DNA of 64,000 bases, taken from an uncultured Acidimicrobiaceae bacterium. GTDB lineage: Bacteria > Actinomycetota > Acidimicrobiia > Spongiisociales > UBA5794. The notes under the pieces are model-generated. The model did not search any database, had not been told where the DNA came from, and saw only the letters and a list, made by a program, of their open reading frames with translations. The DNA lies in contig CAYLVM010000003.1 of the NCBI GenBank assembly GCA_964387145.1, forward strand, positions 2,407 through 66,406. The letters run 5' to 3'. The first letter of the stretch is position 1. Every line of letters begins with the position of its first letter. Below, piece after piece: positions 10,467-20,450 of the stretch. The position numbers and the translations under genes are program-made.

Positions 10467-11996
10467 TCAGGCCTCATCTGCCTCGGCTGCTCGCTCATAC
10501 GCAGCCTTGTTCAGCGCAGAGACCATCGCCCTCGCAGATCCCTCGACGACGTCCGTGGACACGCCGGTCCCTGCGTAGGTCGCCGATCCAACCTTGATGA
10601 TCACATTGACGTTCGCCATGGCATCGGCACCAGAGGTCAGTGGCGAGACCCGGTAATCGACGAGGGTTGCCGGAATCGAGTAGGCGTCCTGGAGCGCAAC
10701 GAACGTCGCGTTCACCATGCCGTCACCCTCGGCCTTGGACACCTGCGTGTCGCCGTTGCGCTCGAGCGTCACTGTGGCGACGGGAACATCCTGTGAACCA
10801 CCAGAGACATGGATTCCGGCGAGTGACCACTCTCCGGTGTCGAGTGTTGTCTCTGCAGCGACGATCGCCTTGATCCCTTCCTCCGAGATCTCGCCTTTGC
10901 GATCTGCGAGCTCCTTGAATCGAGCGAAGCAGTGGGCGAACTCGTCGTCGGCCAGCGAGATACCGAGCTTCCCGAGGGCGTCCGCGAACGCTGCCCGGCC
11001 CGAGTGCTTCCCGAGGACGATCGTAGAGTGCTGACCGACCGTTTCGGGGTCCATGATCTCGTAGGTCTCTCGATTGCGCAGGACACCGTGTTGATGGATC
11101 CCCGACTCGTGGGCGAAGGCGTTGCGGCCGACGACGGCCTTGTTGTACTGGATTGGATACCCCGTCAGGCTCGACACGAGGCGGGACGTCTCGAAGATCT
11201 CCGTGGTGTCTGCATCGATCTCCACGTCGAAGTGATCCGGCCTCGTCGTGATCGCCATGATGATCTCCTCCGTGGAGGTGTTCCCAGCGCGTTCACCGAT
11301 GCCGTTGATGGCCCCTTCGATCTGACGTGCACCGGCATGGATCGCAGACAGCGAGTTCGCTACGGCGAGTCCAAGATCGTTGTGGCAGTGCGTCGAGATG
11401 ATCACATCTTCGTTACCGCCGCGAACGTCGGTGAACACCCTCGTGAGCAGTTCCACGAAGTCTTCCGGCATCGCGTACCCGACGGTGTCCGGGATGTTGA
11501 TCGTCGTTGCGCCGGCTTCGACGGCGGCCCGACACACCTCGACGATGAAATCAGGATCCGAGCGTGTTGCATCCTGAGGGGAGAACTCGACGTCATCGAC
11601 GTAGCGCTTCGCTCGCGCCACACCTTCACGGGCAGCGACGAGAACCTGAGCAGGTGTCATCCGGAGCATCTGTTCCATGTGGATCGGCGACGTCGACGTG
11701 AACACGTGGATGCGCTTGCGGTCGGCACGTTTGAGAGCATCGGCTGCCTTGTCGATGTCATCGGGGTGTGTCCTGGCCAGCGTCGCTATGACGGGTCCCT
11801 TCACCTCCGCAGCGATGCGCGATACCGATTCGAAGTCGCCGGGGCTCGACGCGGCGAACCCGGCCTCGATCACGTCGACCTTGAGCTTGGCGAGTTGCCG
11901 TGCAATGGCGACCTTGTCATCGGGGGAGAGGGCAATTCCGGGCGCCTGCTCGCCGTCGCGTAGTGTGGTGTCGAAGATGATCAGTTTGTCGTTCAT
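10467..11996 (-). CDS. leuA: 2-isopropylmalate synthase
   Basis: 509 aa; [10 protein letters not shown] motif, [14 protein letters not shown]. Confidence 0.9.
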   Translation of the reverse strand: MNDKLIIFDTTLRDGEQAPGIALSPDDKVAIARQLAKLKVDVIEAGFAASSPGDFESVSRIAAEVKGPVIATLARTHPDDIDKAADALKRADRKRIHVFTSTSPIHMEQMLRMTPAQVLVAAREGVARAKRYVDDVEFSPQDATRSDPDFIVEVCRAAVEAGATTINIPDTVGYAMPEDFVELLTRVFTDVRGGNEDVIISTHCHNDLGLAVANSLSAIHAGARQIEGAINGIGERAGNTSTEEIIMAITTRPDHFDVEIDADTTEIFETSRLVSSLTGYPIQYNKAVVGRNAFAHESGIHQHGVLRNRETYEIMDPETVGQHSTIVLGKHSGRAAFADALGKLGISLADDEFAHCFARFKELADRKGEISEEGIKAIVAAETTLDTGEWSLAGIHVSGGSQDVPVATVTLERNGDTQVSKAEGDGMVNATFVALQDAYSIPATLVDYRVSPLTSGADAMANVNVIIKVGSATYAGTGVSTDVVEGSARAMVSALNKAAYERAAEADEA

Positions 11997-12029
11997 GGAT
12001 ATGCCTTTCGAAGGAGGATCAGGACTCGC

Positions 12030-12053
12030 GTAGCCGGCCGCACCGCCGGCTAC
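12030..12053 (-). terminator. GC-rich 9-bp hairpin between ilvC and leuA (partial terminator or processing site)
   Basis: GTAGCCGGC-loop-GCCGGCTAC, preceded by a second short CCTCC/GGAGG hairpin at 12068..12081; no U-tract. Confidence 0.35.
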
Positions 12054-12089
12054 CGAAGTCGGGTGATCCCTCCGGCGGAGGCAACGGAG

Positions 12090-13103
12090 CTATACATCGT
12101 CTTGTGGAGTCTTGGGGACGAGGAACGTCATCATGTCACGCAGCTCCCTCCCTGTGGTCTCGACGGGATGAACTGCGATCGCCTCGCGGGCTGCCGCGAG
12201 TTTCGGTGCACCGTTCGCGTACTCATCCATCCACTCGCGGGCGAACTCACCCGACTGGATCTCGGAGAGGATCTTCTTCATCTCGGCCTTGGTATCTGGG
12301 GTGATGATGCGCGGCCCCCTCGTGATGTCGCCGTACTCGGCGGTGTCCGAGATGGAGTGACGCATCCACTCGATGCCACCTTCCCACAGGAGGTCGACGA
12401 TCAGCTTGAGTTCGTGGAGCACCTCGAAGTAGGCCATCTCGGGTTCGTATCCGGCCTCAGTGAGGGTCTCGAAGGCGGCCTGGATGAGTGAGTCGACACC
12501 ACCACAGAGGATGACCTGTTCACCGAAGAGGTCGGTCTCGGTCTCGGCGTCGAACGTCGTCTCGATAACGCCACCCCGCGTCCCACCGATGCCGTGCGCG
12601 TACGACAGACCGAGCCGTTTGGCTTCCCCCGTCGCATCCTGGTGGATCGCAAGCAGCGTCGGGACGCCCGATCCCTCGACGAACTGTCTCCGCACGAGAT
12701 GGCCCGGGCCCTTGGGAGCGACCATCACGACATCGACGTCGGGTGGGGGAGTGATGAACCCGAAGTGGATCGAGAACCCGTGAGCGAACAACAAGGCGTC
12801 ACCGGAGCTGAGGTTCGGGGCGATGACCTGCTCGTAGACGGTCGGCTGTACCTGATCGGGGACGAGCACCATGATGACATCTGCCCACTCGACTGCTGTG
12901 GCTGGGTCGACGACCTTGAGGCCTGCATCGGATGCGGCCCGGAATCGTGGAGAGCCATCACGAAGGCCAACGACGACGTCGACGCCGGAGTCCTTCAGGT
13001 TCAGCGCATGGGCGTGGCCCTGGCTTCCGAAACCGAGGACGGCGACCTTGCGGCGGGTGATGAACCCCGGGTCGGCGTCCGCTTCGTAGTAGATCTTTGT
13101 CAT
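12090..13103 (-). CDS. ilvC: ketol-acid reductoisomerase
   Basis: 337 aa; [20 protein letters not shown] motif. Confidence 0.92.
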   Translation of the reverse strand: MTKIYYEADADPGFITRRKVAVLGFGSQGHAHALNLKDSGVDVVVGLRDGSPRFRAASDAGLKVVDPATAVEWADVIMVLVPDQVQPTVYEQVIAPNLSSGDALLFAHGFSIHFGFITPPPDVDVVMVAPKGPGHLVRRQFVEGSGVPTLLAIHQDATGEAKRLGLSYAHGIGGTRGGVIETTFDAETETDLFGEQVILCGGVDSLIQAAFETLTEAGYEPEMAYFEVLHELKLIVDLLWEGGIEWMRHSISDTAEYGDITRGPRIITPDTKAEMKKILSEIQSGEFAREWMDEYANGAPKLAAAREAIAVHPVETTGRELRDMMTFLVPKTPQDDV

Positions 13104-13115
13104 AGTGGTGGCTCC

Positions 13116-13619
13116 CTACGCCGATTTCCGTTGTTTCTTCGATGCCGATTTGGTGTCTCTTGCGAGAACGATCCGGCCGGACTTGACGAGGCTGACGATC
13201 CCATACGTCTTCATGATCTCGAGGAAGTCTGCAAGGTGTGATGGTTCGCCCACGACCTCGAAGGTGATCGTCTGGACTCCGACATCGACTGCCTTGGCTT
13301 CGAAGATCGTTGCTGCGTCGAGGATCTCGCCGCGACGCTGCGCCTCGGCGTTGACCCGCACGAGCATGATCTCACGTTCGACGGCTTCGCCGGGGGCGTG
13401 TTCGACGACCTTGAGGGTGTGGATCAGCTTGTAGAGCTGCTTGACGATCTGCTCCATCTCAGGGCCGTCGACGACGACGGTCATGCGTGACCGGTTCGGA
13501 TCTTCGGTGGGCCCGACGGTGAGAGAGTGGATGTTGAAGTCCCTCCTCGCGAACATCGACGACACCCTGGCAAGCACACCCGGCTTGTTCTCGACGGTGA
13601 CTGAGATGACGTGCTGCAT
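13116..13619 (-). CDS. ilvN: acetolactate synthase small (regulatory) subunit
   Basis: 167 aa ACT-domain protein (VENKPGVLARVSSMFARRDFNIHSLTV) directly downstream of ilvB. Confidence 0.9.
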   Translation of the reverse strand: MQHVISVTVENKPGVLARVSSMFARRDFNIHSLTVGPTEDPNRSRMTVVVDGPEMEQIVKQLYKLIHTLKVVEHAPGEAVEREIMLVRVNAEAQRRGEILDAATIFEAKAVDVGVQTITFEVVGEPSHLADFLEIMKTYGIVSLVKSGRIVLARDTKSASKKQRKSA

Positions 13620-15334
13620 CAGAGATCCTCCGGTCCCATGAGGATCTCGTCGTTCGATCCTCCCGCTTTGATCATCGGGAACACCATCGCGTCGGGGTCA
13701 CAGACGAACTCCATGACGACGGGACGGTCGTTGATCGCCAACGCCTTTTCGATGGTTGGTACGACCTCGTCGGGTGACTCTGCACGGAAGCCGGCGCACC
13801 CGAGCGCTTCGGCGAGCATCACGATGTTGGGGATCGATGAGGACAACTCTGTCGCGCTGTACCGGTTGTCGTAGAAGATCTTCTGCCACTGTCGGACCAT
13901 GCCGAGGTTCGCGTTGTTCATGACGGCGATCTTGACGGGGATCTTCTCGACCGCAGCGGTGATCAGCTCCTGGAAGGTCATCTGGAAGCAGCCGTCACCG
14001 TCGATGGCGACGACGGTCGTGTCCGGCATGCCGGCCTTTGCTCCGATCGCAGCCGGTACGGCGAACCCCATGGTTCCGAGGCCACCGGAGTTGATCCACG
14101 TGTTCGGCTTCTCGAATCCCCAGAACTGGGACGCCCACATCTGATGCTGTCCGACACCGGCGATCACGATCGTGTCGGTGTCGGTTCGTTTGGAGAGCTC
14201 GTCGATGACGTACTGCTGGAGTATCGGGCCGTCGGGTTGCTGGTCGTAGGCGAGTGGGAAGTCCCTCTGCCACGCGGCGATCGTCGAGAGCCACTCGGAG
14301 CGTTCCGGGGATGGTGCACCGTCGAGAGCTCGCTCTCCCGCCTCGATCAACTGTTGGAGCACAGCTTTGGCATCTCCGACGATCGGAACGTCGGCCTTCC
14401 TGATCTTGCCGATCTCAGCGGGGTCGACGTCGACGTGGATCACTTTGGCGTTCGGTGCGAAGAACGTGGGATCCCCGGTTACACGATCGTCGAAGCGGGC
14501 ACCGATCGTGACGAGCAGGTCGGAACGCTGCATCGCCGTCGAAGCGGTGTAGGTGCCGTGCATACCCGACATGCCGAGTGTCAGCGGGTGAGAGTCGGGG
14601 ATCGCCCCTCGTGCCATGAGCGTTGTCACGACCGGGAGGTTCTGCTGGGTTGCGAACTGCACCAGCTCCTCGCTTGCACCGGCTCGGATGATGCCGCCCC
14701 CTGCATACAGGACGGGTCGCTCGGACTTCAAGATCAACTCGATCGCCGACGTCACCTGGCGGGGGTGCCCCTTGACGGATGGCTTGTATCCGGGGAGGTC
14801 GAGCTGCCCGGGGCCTCGCCAGGACGTCTCGTCGACGAGGGCGTCTTTGGTGATGTCGACGAGTACTGGCCCTGGTCGCCCGGTCGACGCGATATGGAAC
14901 GCCTCGCGGATCGTCGATGCGATCTCATCGACGTTGGTGACGAGGTAGTTGTGCTTCGTGGCCGGCATGGAGATCCCCCAGGTGTGGGCCTCCTGGAAGG
15001 CGTCGAGGCCGATCGAGCGGGAGCCGACCTGTCCGGTGATCGCGACGACGGGGATCGAGTCCATGTAGGCGTCGGCAAGCGGTGTGATCAGGTTCGTCGC
15101 TCCGGGACCCGACGTGGCGAAGGTCACACCGACGCGGCCCGTTGCGTGGGCGTACCCCGCAGCCATGTGGCCGCCGCCCTGCTCGTGACGGGCGAGGACG
15201 TGGCGGATGGAACTGTCGTACAGCGAGTCGTATGCACGAAGGATCGCTCCCCCGGGCACCCCGAAGATGATCTCTACGCCCTCGTGCTCGAGAGCTCGTA
15301 TGAGGATGTCTGCGCCTGTGAGTTGCTCGCCCAT
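13619..15334 (-). CDS. ilvB: acetolactate synthase large subunit
   Basis: TPP enzyme motifs (GDGCFQM...N); start taken at [11 protein letters not shown] (ATG 15334..15332) after the GGAGAAG RBS. Confidence 0.9.
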   Translation of the reverse strand: MGEQLTGADILIRALEHEGVEIIFGVPGGAILRAYDSLYDSSIRHVLARHEQGGGHMAAGYAHATGRVGVTFATSGPGATNLITPLADAYMDSIPVVAITGQVGSRSIGLDAFQEAHTWGISMPATKHNYLVTNVDEIASTIREAFHIASTGRPGPVLVDITKDALVDETSWRGPGQLDLPGYKPSVKGHPRQVTSAIELILKSERPVLYAGGGIIRAGASEELVQFATQQNLPVVTTLMARGAIPDSHPLTLGMSGMHGTYTASTAMQRSDLLVTIGARFDDRVTGDPTFFAPNAKVIHVDVDPAEIGKIRKADVPIVGDAKAVLQQLIEAGERALDGAPSPERSEWLSTIAAWQRDFPLAYDQQPDGPILQQYVIDELSKRTDTDTIVIAGVGQHQMWASQFWGFEKPNTWINSGGLGTMGFAVPAAIGAKAGMPDTTVVAIDGDGCFQMTFQELITAAVEKIPVKIAVMNNANLGMVRQWQKIFYDNRYSATELSSSIPNIVMLAEALGCAGFRAESPDEVVPTIEKALAINDRPVVMEFVCDPDAMVFPMIKAGGSNDEILMGPEDL

Positions 15335-15350
15335 GATCTGTCTTCTCCGG

Positions 15351-15380
15351 AAAAACGAAACCCTCCGGGACACGGAGGGT
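15351..15380 (-). terminator. attenuator terminator hairpin plus U-tract upstream of ilvB
   Basis: Perfect 7-bp GC-rich stem CCCTCCG/CGGAGGG with a 5-nt loop, followed by TTTCGTTTTT on the ilvB coding strand. Confidence 0.55.
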
Positions 15381-15406
15381 TGGGCGCATCGCTTGGTCTG
15401 ATGCGC

Positions 15407-15445
15407 CTATATAAGAATGAGTACGACGTTGAGTGGTGTGTTCAT
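15407..15445 (-). CDS. ilvL: ilvB leader peptide (12 aa, MNTPLNVVLILI)
   Basis: Tiny ORF immediately upstream of ilvB; 7 of its 12 codons are Leu/Val/Ile; followed by the hairpin GGCGCATC...GATGCGCC and then the terminator hairpin plus T-tract. Confidence 0.6.
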   Translation of the reverse strand: MNTPLNVVLILI

Positions 15446-15536
15446 TTGGTGTTCCGCCCCGTAGAGCGCCACGCAAGTATTGCACCATGTGCTTTCATGT
15501 CAAGATGACCGGACCAGCGGGCACAAGATCGAACCG

Positions 15537-16739
15537 ATGATGGCAGCTCATGAGCGCTCGATTCTGCACAACGTGATCGCCGTTGCACGCCGTGAACTGG
15601 CGGACAGAGACGCCGATTCGGTTCCCGTCCGTCTCCGGCGTGTCGCAAAGAATTCGTCGCGGACACTGCCACCACCGTTCGCAGACTCCGTCCTTCGCGA
15701 GGTTCGAGAGGACCCGGTGTTCAGAGATTCGGTGAGGGATCGCTGGGATCAGGAAGGGGTCGATGATGCCATCGGACGGAACTTCCTCGAGAACCCAGAG
15801 GACGCCAGGCTCGAGATCGTCGAAACCTCCAGGGACGTACAGCTCCGTGATCTCGAGTGTGAGCTCACCGCGGCACGCGAGAAGATCGAGACACTCCAAG
15901 AGCGCCTGGTCGAGGCCAAGAAGAGGCTGTCCAGGGTGCGAGCAGAACACGAGATCGCTCTGCATCGACGCCAGAAAGCCGAGGATGCATCGCGAGCGGG
16001 GTTGTTGCGTACGATCGGGCGGTACGAGGCGGAGGTGCGCTCGGGACACCACGAAAGGGGAGAGCTCACCGATCGCATCGATGAGCTCGAGGCGGCTCTC
16101 GAGGTTGCAGAGGAGCGTGTCGTACGTTCGGTCGAACGAGCCGCCCGGCGCCGTGCCCCCGTGTCGGCACCGAGAGATGTGCATCGTGCCCAGCCACCGA
16201 AGGATCCCATAGCCTTCGCCACCTGGCTCGATACGATGGAGCGGACACAACGACCGTATCGTGAAGCCGAGCGCGTGAACGCGGTCGGCAGCACACCCCG
16301 GCCGATCACGATTCCGAGTGGGATGCAGCCTGATACCCGTGAGGCGGTCTCGGCCGTCATCGCCCAGCAGCCATCGCTCGTCGTCGTCGACGGGTACAAC
16401 GTTTCGGGAACGTTCATGCACGACGACTTCTCCTCTCATGCGGCTCGGGTATCGGTCATCGCCAAGGCGGAGCGTCTCGCTGCATCATGCGGTTCAGGCG
16501 TCGTGGTCGTGTTCGACTCGTCCGACGTCGAGGGCAGGCCATCGTTCCGATCCACCGGTGGCGTCGATGTCGTGTTCTCACGGAACTGCACGGCTGACGA
16601 CGAGATCGTCGAGATCGTCGAGAGTGTCGGCGAGCGAACCGTCGTCGTGACGACCGATCGGGAACTGCGAGAACGATGTGCACGGTACGGTGCCGTCTCG
16701 CTGTGGTCGAACGCCTTTGTGGAGTGGGCGAACTGCTAA
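15537..16739 (+). CDS. NYN-domain (YacP-like predicted RNase) protein with N-terminal coiled-coil
   Basis: C-terminal LVVVDGYNV...VVVFD...TADDEIVE...VVVTTDREL matches the NYN/YacP pattern; start uncertain, since the ORF opens at 15480 inside the ilvB leader region and the ATG at 15537 is the first plausible one. Confidence 0.55.
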   Translation: MMAAHERSILHNVIAVARRELADRDADSVPVRLRRVAKNSSRTLPPPFADSVLREVREDPVFRDSVRDRWDQEGVDDAIGRNFLENPEDARLEIVETSRDVQLRDLECELTAAREKIETLQERLVEAKKRLSRVRAEHEIALHRRQKAEDASRAGLLRTIGRYEAEVRSGHHERGELTDRIDELEAALEVAEERVVRSVERAARRRAPVSAPRDVHRAQPPKDPIAFATWLDTMERTQRPYREAERVNAVGSTPRPITIPSGMQPDTREAVSAVIAQQPSLVVVDGYNVSGTFMHDDFSSHAARVSVIAKAERLAASCGSGVVVVFDSSDVEGRPSFRSTGGVDVVFSRNCTADDEIVEIVESVGERTVVVTTDRELRERCARYGAVSLWSNAFVEWANC

Positions 16740-16790
16740 ACACATGCTTGGAACACACCGATAGATAGTCCAGCGATCATCCGGAGTTCT

Positions 16791-19052
16791 GTGGCTGCCA
16801 CGCTTTCGCGTTCACATCTCGACAATCCCCATGTGTCGCAGTCCACGCGTGCAGCCGTGACCGGGCGTTGGCACGAGATGCGCCGCTTGACGGGCCTGAT
16901 CGCCGTCGTTCTCTCGGTCACGAGCGGACTCATGCTCTCGTGGCCGGCGATGGCGGTGATCTCCGTCCTTGGCCTCGGTCTCGTAGTCGACTCCATCCTT
17001 GCCCTGCGAACTGACCGGGTCGCGACCGGGCCGACGCTCGTCGCCGATATCTCCCTCGCCGGTTTCGCGATGATCCTCATCGGCGTCCCATCGGCGGCGA
17101 TCGGCGTGATGGTCGCGTATTTCGTGCTCGTCGTTGCAGTTCTCGGCCGGTCCGCACGTTCGTGGTGGATCGGCCTCTACGCGATCACCGTCGGCGCGGC
17201 CGCATCGGTTGCAACCATCCCTCATCTGACTGCGGCTCACAGCGGCGTACATGCCCTCGTGGCGGGGATCATCGTGGTCGCCGTGTTCGGGATGTCGACC
17301 ATCTCGATGGTGCGAGAGTTCGTGATCGTATCGAAACTGGGAAGTGAGTCAACCGGGCGACGGATCGAGATCGCGGACGCAATCGCGAGGGCCTCGAGGG
17401 CCATGGTCGCAGACGACGACGCCGGTGCCCTCGCCCGATCGCTCGAGCCCATCCGCGAGGCGCTCGACGTCTCTGTCGTGTTCATCGAAAAGAACATCGA
17501 AGATCCGGAGCTCGGATTGTGCGCCGTCGTCGTCGAGCGAGTGGTCCCGGATATATATGTCCACCCGTCCGTCGATCGGCGAGCGATGGTGGCCTGGTCC
17601 GAGATGCCGGGCGCGCGCTCACACCTCGAGGGAGGGGCGCCGTTCTTGTTCCGCGTCGAGGAGGCACGAGGCACACCCGGTGATCGTGGCGGGGAAGCCG
17701 GGTTGCAGGTCGAGGTGGACATACCGATCGTCCAGAACGGTGATTGGGTAGGCGTTGTCGGGGCCGGCCACCACGATGGAGGGCGGGTCTGGCGGTCAGA
17801 CGATCTCATGCTGCTGAGGACCCTCGCCGATCTCATATCAGCGTTCTGGCAGAGGCGAGACGACGAGAAGGTCCGTGACTCTCTGATCGGGTCTCTCGAC
17901 GGACGGTTGCGTTTCGAGGAGGCGCTTGCCCGTTCGTCGCGGGTGCTCCTCGCTGGGAGCTCGAGCGATCTCTCACCTGCGCTCGATGCGATCGGGACGG
18001 CTGCGAGCGTCGATGAGGTGGTCGTCACGAGGACTGTGGCAGATGAGTCCGGCGAACCTGTTGCCGAAGTGCTCGCCGTGTGGTCTCCCAAGGGGTCGCG
18101 ACCGCGTGCTCGGGTGGGTGACGTCGCCCCATACGCCGAGAAGCCTGGAGTTCGTGACAAGCTTCAACGCGGCGATACGGTCGAAATCGACGAATCCGAA
18201 GAGCGACATCTCATCACCGGAATCGAAGTCGGTGGCGGATGGTTCGGCTCGGTCGGGTTCATTGCATCGCCAGCATCCGAACCGTGGACACCCCGCACAC
18301 AGGCGTTCCTACGAACGATCGCGGACATCTTCGGTGCCTTCTACGAGCGGGCGCAGTACCGCGCCAGGCTCGAGCAGTCCCTCGCCTCGAAGGACCAGCT
18401 GATCGGATCTGTGAGCCACGAGCTACGGACGCCGCTCACGGCCGTGGCCGGGCTTGCCGAGGAGCTGATCGCTTACGACGAGATGTTCACCACCGAGGAA
18501 CGAAAGGAGCTGCTCGAAGTCATCGCAGAAGAGAGCAGAGAGATGGACGCCCTCGTCGAGGACCTGCTCATCGCTGCACGATCAGAGGATGCCGCGGTCC
18601 CCGTGTTCCCAGAGGTGATAGATCTGTGCCTACTGGCTCATGATGTGCTGGCTGATCTGACCATCCCCGCCGGTGTGTCCGTGACGGTCTCCGACGGTCC
18701 GGTCGACACCTTCGCCGACCCCGTCCGGGTTCGCCAGATCGTTCGGAACCTCGTGACCAACGCGCTGCGGTACGGCGGTCCGAACATCGAGATCGACGTC
18801 CGCGGCGATGTAGATAGCGTGTCCCTCCGTGTGAGCGATGACGGTTCCGGCATCAAAGCAGGGGATAGGGAAGCCGTGTTCGAGCCGTACGGCCGTGCAT
18901 CACAAGGTGCGACACACAAGGCTTCCGTCGGTCTCGGTCTGACGTTGTCGCGACGACTTGCAGGACTCATGGACGGAACGCTCGAGTACGTCGACGGTGA
19001 CGGTGCGACGTTCCTCCTCAGGTTGCCCCTGCCTGGGACGGCTTCGGTCTGA
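16791..19052 (+). CDS. membrane sensor histidine kinase, orphan (no adjacent response regulator)
   Basis: About 6 N-terminal TM helices, a central GAF-like region, HisKA H-box SHELRTPL and a HATPase_c region with N and G boxes; GTG start with a GGAG RBS. Confidence 0.8.
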   Translation: MAATLSRSHLDNPHVSQSTRAAVTGRWHEMRRLTGLIAVVLSVTSGLMLSWPAMAVISVLGLGLVVDSILALRTDRVATGPTLVADISLAGFAMILIGVPSAAIGVMVAYFVLVVAVLGRSARSWWIGLYAITVGAAASVATIPHLTAAHSGVHALVAGIIVVAVFGMSTISMVREFVIVSKLGSESTGRRIEIADAIARASRAMVADDDAGALARSLEPIREALDVSVVFIEKNIEDPELGLCAVVVERVVPDIYVHPSVDRRAMVAWSEMPGARSHLEGGAPFLFRVEEARGTPGDRGGEAGLQVEVDIPIVQNGDWVGVVGAGHHDGGRVWRSDDLMLLRTLADLISAFWQRRDDEKVRDSLIGSLDGRLRFEEALARSSRVLLAGSSSDLSPALDAIGTAASVDEVVVTRTVADESGEPVAEVLAVWSPKGSRPRARVGDVAPYAEKPGVRDKLQRGDTVEIDESEERHLITGIEVGGGWFGSVGFIASPASEPWTPRTQAFLRTIADIFGAFYERAQYRARLEQSLASKDQLIGSVSHELRTPLTAVAGLAEELIAYDEMFTTEERKELLEVIAEESREMDALVEDLLIAARSEDAAVPVFPEVIDLCLLAHDVLADLTIPAGVSVTVSDGPVDTFADPVRVRQIVRNLVTNALRYGGPNIEIDVRGDVDSVSLRVSDDGSGIKAGDREAVFEPYGRASQGATHKASVGLGLTLSRRLAGLMDGTLEYVDGDGATFLLRLPLPGTASV

Positions 19053-20087
19053 TCACACGACGTGCTCGGCGATGACGCGCATCGTCGAGAGATCAGACGT
19101 TGCCACGATCAGCGTCGAGACACCTGCGGCTCTCCACGCGTCGAGACGGTCGGCGATACGGTCGGGAGATCCTACGAGACAGACCTCATCGACGAGTTCG
19201 TCGGGAACGGCCATCGTTGCTTCCATCTTCTTGCCGGCGAGATAGAGATCTTGGATCGTTTCGGCTTCCGCCTCGTACCCGTACCTCCGTGTGAGGTCGT
19301 TGTAGAAGTTCCTGCCCTTGGCCCCCATGCCACCGATGTAGAGGGCGAGCATGGGCTTCATCTGGAGCCGTCCAGCATCGAGGTCGTCGGTCACGAGAGC
19401 ACCGACGGTGGGTGCGATCGCGAAGCGTTCTGCCTTGCCGTCCTCCCCGCTGAGGGCGAAGCCTTCGTCGAGGAGCGGTTGGTACATTTCGGAGGTCCGC
19501 TCGGGTGAGAAGAACACCGGGAGCCATCCGTCGGCGATCTCGGCTGCGAGCTTCACGTTCTTCGGCCCGATCGCTGCGAGGTAGATCGGCAGGTCCGGGT
19601 TCTTGGGATGCAACATCATCTTGAGTGGCTTGCCGAGTCCGGTGGCATCGTCCCCCGTGTAGGGCATCTGGTAGTAGACACCTTGGAACTCGACCGGTTC
19701 GTCACGGGCGAAGATCATTCTCAGAATCGCGATGTACTCGCGTGTGACCGTGAGCGGTTTGCCGAACGCTCGTCCGTGCCAGCCTTCGACTACCTGGGGA
19801 CCCGATACGCCGAGTCCGAGGATGAACCTCCCATTCGACATCACGTCGATCGTCGCAGCGGTCATGGCGGTCATCGCCGGAGTCCGTGCCGGCATCTGGA
19901 AGACGGCGGATCCGACTTTGATACGCTCGGTGCGCGCCGCAACCCATGCCAGCGGGGTGAGCGCATCGGAGCCGTACGCCTCGGCCGTCCACACCGAGTC
20001 GTATCCGAGGTCCTCCGCCTCTTGAATGAGCGTGAAGTTGTCCGCGATAGCGGTGCCGTAGTAGCCGATGTTGAGCCCGAGTTTCAT
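19053..20087 (-). CDS. LLM-class flavin/F420-dependent oxidoreductase
   Basis: MKLGLNIGYY...SVWTAEAYGSDALTPLAW luciferase-like monooxygenase signature; its stop abuts the kinase stop with zero intergenic bases. Confidence 0.8.
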   Translation of the reverse strand: MKLGLNIGYYGTAIADNFTLIQEAEDLGYDSVWTAEAYGSDALTPLAWVAARTERIKVGSAVFQMPARTPAMTAMTAATIDVMSNGRFILGLGVSGPQVVEGWHGRAFGKPLTVTREYIAILRMIFARDEPVEFQGVYYQMPYTGDDATGLGKPLKMMLHPKNPDLPIYLAAIGPKNVKLAAEIADGWLPVFFSPERTSEMYQPLLDEGFALSGEDGKAERFAIAPTVGALVTDDLDAGRLQMKPMLALYIGGMGAKGRNFYNDLTRRYGYEAEAETIQDLYLAGKKMEATMAVPDELVDEVCLVGSPDRIADRLDAWRAAGVSTLIVATSDLSTMRVIAEHVV

Positions 20088-20130
20088 GGCGTCGACTCTA
20101 GACGTGCCGCGTCGCGTGCATCCCACGACG

Positions 20131-20197
20131 GTGATCTGTGAACTGTGATCTGTGAACTGTGAACTGTTCCTGTCATCTGTTGTCTATTTCCTGTCGT
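20131..20197. repeat. tandem heptamer array, about 9 units of GAWCTGT (site A)
   Basis: GATCTGT GAACTGT GATCTGT GAACTGT GAACTGT TCCTGT CATCTGT ... in the divergent intergenic region between the LLM oxidoreductase and the small Cys ORF/queG. Confidence 0.7.
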
Positions 20198-20237
20198 ACC
20201 CACCCGATAGCGTGTCACCCATGACCTGGAGGTACGG

Positions 20238-20441
20238 ATGATCATCGATTGTGACCGTTGTGTGATGGCGAACACGGATGCGTGCGATGGGTGCGTCGTG
20301 AGCGCCCTCGTCGGAAGTACCGGCGTACTCGCCCTGGCAGAGGAGGAAGCGCGAGCGATCGAGGCCATGAGCAGGGTCGGGCTCGTTCCCCCACTGCTCC
20401 TCGTCGAGGGAGGAGTCCGTGCAGCGGATTCGAGGTCGTAG
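20238..20441 (+). CDS. small Cys4 (CxxC-x7-CxxC) zinc-ribbon-like protein, hypothetical
   Basis: 67-aa ORF with a GGAGG RBS 5 nt upstream of ATG; about 75% GC at third positions; four cysteines in MIIDCDRCVMANTDACDGC. Confidence 0.4.
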   Translation: MIIDCDRCVMANTDACDGCVVSALVGSTGVLALAEEEARAIEAMSRVGLVPPLLLVEGGVRAADSRS

Positions 20442-20450
20442 CATGGTGGC

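Larger units (their letters stand above)
15340..15450 (-). promoter_or_regulatory. transcription attenuator of the ilvBN(C) operon
   Basis: On the minus strand: leader ORF, an 8-bp stem overlapping its stop (15383..15407), then CCCUCCG-UGUCC-CGGAGGG followed by UUUCGUUUUU (15351..15380), then the ilvB RBS and ATG. Confidence 0.6.

Noticed and set aside
11997-12089. 15-codon ORF ([15 protein letters not shown]) upstream of leuA as a leucine leader peptide
   Set aside because: It contains no Leu run or regulatory-codon cluster and no alternative terminator/antiterminator structure; judged a chance ORF.
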